Positions 61,926 to 64,000 of a stretch of DNA of 64,000 nt are shown piece after piece. The notes under the pieces are model-generated. The model was given only the letters and a program-made list of their open reading frames with translations, was not told the DNA's origin and did not search any database. Source of the DNA: Podarcis cretensis (Eukaryota); assembly GCA_951804945.1 (NCBI GenBank), contig OX638165.1:41106001-41170000 (forward strand). The letters run 5' to 3'. A program made the translations under genes and the position numbers. The stretch's first letter is position 1. The number at the start of each line of letters is the position of its first letter.

Positions 61926-64000
61926 GTAAGGATATCATGTGAATCTGCTCTTGTCAGAGTACGTGGCAAGGGTGAAGCTGTTGGTTCTCCTTCATTGGTG
62001 GAGAGCATTCTGTTGCAAATCATTCCTCCTGTTTCCTCTGGTAGAGTCAAGCAAATTGGTAGACTTTGTTGCTTCAATTGGTGGAAAGCCCTTTCAGTTC
62101 TGGCCCTGCCTGCTCAGTGCTCACAGGCTTAGAGAGGAGATTTCCTCCATCTTTGTGTTTTTGGCTTGCTGCTTGCTCAACTCAGTAGCAGGTTGGTCTT
62201 GGCAGGAAAGGCAGAGATTCACCTCTTTAACGCTTTCAACTGTTGTTCAAAGGGCAGGACTGGGCCTAATACTAGGCAGAGTGGGCGTCTGCCTTGGGCA
62301 GCTGGTTCTGAGAGGGACATGTGTATGCATTATTTGTTATTGTTCGTATTTATCAATGACCTTCCAATTAAGTTCCAAGGCAATGTACAAACTATAATTT
62401 TTTAAAAAAAGTTTTAAAATGGCATGAGAAAAAAAACAGAAGGCAAATTTAAAAACAAAACAAAGTTGACATCCATGACATTTTCCATCCAGCTGAGAAA
62501 GCCCATGGAACAAAAAAAGTATTCAACTGTTTCTAGAAAGTGCATTGTGACTTGGCAGGAACGCTAACCTACAGAATAGGGGCAGCCACACTGAAAGCCC
62601 TGCTCCAAATTACTGTGGAGCAGGCTTCTGGTATGTTTCCAACTGGAAGGAAAGAGACCTATGGGATATATATGGGATAAGGTCATCACTCAGTGTGGGG
62701 CACCATCATATCCTTCAACTCAGGCAGCAAAATATATTGGGCTTGCCCTGTTGAAGAAGTAATAATAGCTGCTCCCAACTGTCACCAGAAGGGAAAAGAT
62801 GGCTAAGTACTGCACACAATGTAATGTCCTTAAGAGTCGCTGAGAATTTTCAAGGGGCAAGGTAGCTTCCAAGGCCACTTATGAAAATGAAGGCCTGCTT
62901 ATAACCGAGTAGAACTTGGTCAGGTAGCATACACTGCACATGGAATGATGATGATGATGATGCACATATGAATGGGTTGCTCCAGCTACTCTGGGGAGAT
63001 TCCAACAGAGTATAAAAAACATAATGAAACATCAAACAATAAAAACGTCCTGATACAGGAGTGCCTTCACATTTCTTCTGGAAGTCATATAGTAGTTTAT
63101 CTCTTGGACATTTGATGAGAGGGTGTTCCACAGGGCAGGCCTTCTTGGTAGTTTGGTGAACAATTTGAAGATTCCTCTTTTTGATTACATTTGTCCCAGA
63201 TCTTGGGATGGGGGTTGTCCTCCCATTAAAGGGATATATTATTAATTTGCATGGACCTGCCTACTGGAAGAAGTGGAAGGAGCAGCTAACACCAGAACAC
63301 ACTTCATTGACCAGAATAAGTCTTCATGGTAAATCCAGTGTTCCTTTCCCATGACATTTTGTCGCATTTTTTTGCCACACACGGGCTGTTATTTCACTCT
63401 GACGGAGATGGGGAGGGGTACAATCAGTTCTTTGGCCCTTTGTGTGCCTTTCTGGGAGGGCCCTGGTGTGATGAAGCTGTGAGCCCACAGAGTGTTGAAT
63501 CCAGTCGGGAAAAGAGAAAGCAGTGTTTTGCTGGTATTAAGGTTCTAGGAAGCTAATACTGGGTCAGGATGTGCAGGACCTGGGACAGCTCACACTGCAA
63601 ACTCCCAAGGAAGATGAATGTTGTTGATCTGAGTACTTAAATAGCAACACAGGCCTGTTAAGTACCTTTGCTGAGAGCTACTTAGAATTTAAAGACAGAG
63701 CTCTGGCTTGGAACCTGGTACACTGGTATTGCTGGCTGATCCCCTCTGCCTTCTCTGCTTGGAACTTAAATGGGAGCAAGGGGCATCCAGAGAAGCAATG
63801 GAACTATAGTTTCTTTTCTTGAGGAAGGAGGGAAAGCACCAGCATGGGAAAAAAGAAAAAACCTTAAAAGCTAACTAGAAACAATGTTTTAAGACCCAGT
63901 ATAATTTGGATTGTATGATCCTTGGTAGGAGCAACTTAATCAAACTTGTATGCTATCCGATAGGATATGTATTTAATTTGTCCCTGAAGAAGAGCCTTAT

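Overview
Vertebrate genomic DNA, almost certainly a squamate and probably a lacertid lizard, judged from Sauria/Squam-type SINEs, BovB, L2, CR1 and Penelope fragments. The window holds two + strand genes in the vertebrate order ATP6V0A2 -> DNAH10. ATP6V0A2 (V-ATPase V0 subunit a2) is complete: 20 GT-AG coding exons, 6035..33367, 2547 nt, 848 aa plus stop. DNAH10 (inner-arm dynein heavy chain) is present as its first 15 coding exons (36625..61925), runs off the right edge, and has an RFX X-box in its CpG-island promoter. The introns are dense with transposons. Highlights: (1) a full-length, lightly decayed 3.2-kb pogo/Tigger (DD36D) element with three of its own MITE derivatives, plus four sister MITE families that share the terminus but carry different subterminal repeat motifs; (2) Penelope-type terminal fragments carrying a minimal hammerhead-ribozyme motif, one copy folded back exactly at hammerhead stem II; (3) a 245-bp near-perfect palindrome of unrecognised origin in ATP6V0A2 intron 1; (4) an unclassified 1.4-kb TIR element capped by inverted (TG)n/(CA)n just upstream of DNAH10; (5) a solo LTR with duplicated octamer motifs. 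Gene and repeat family names come from recognition, not from database searches.
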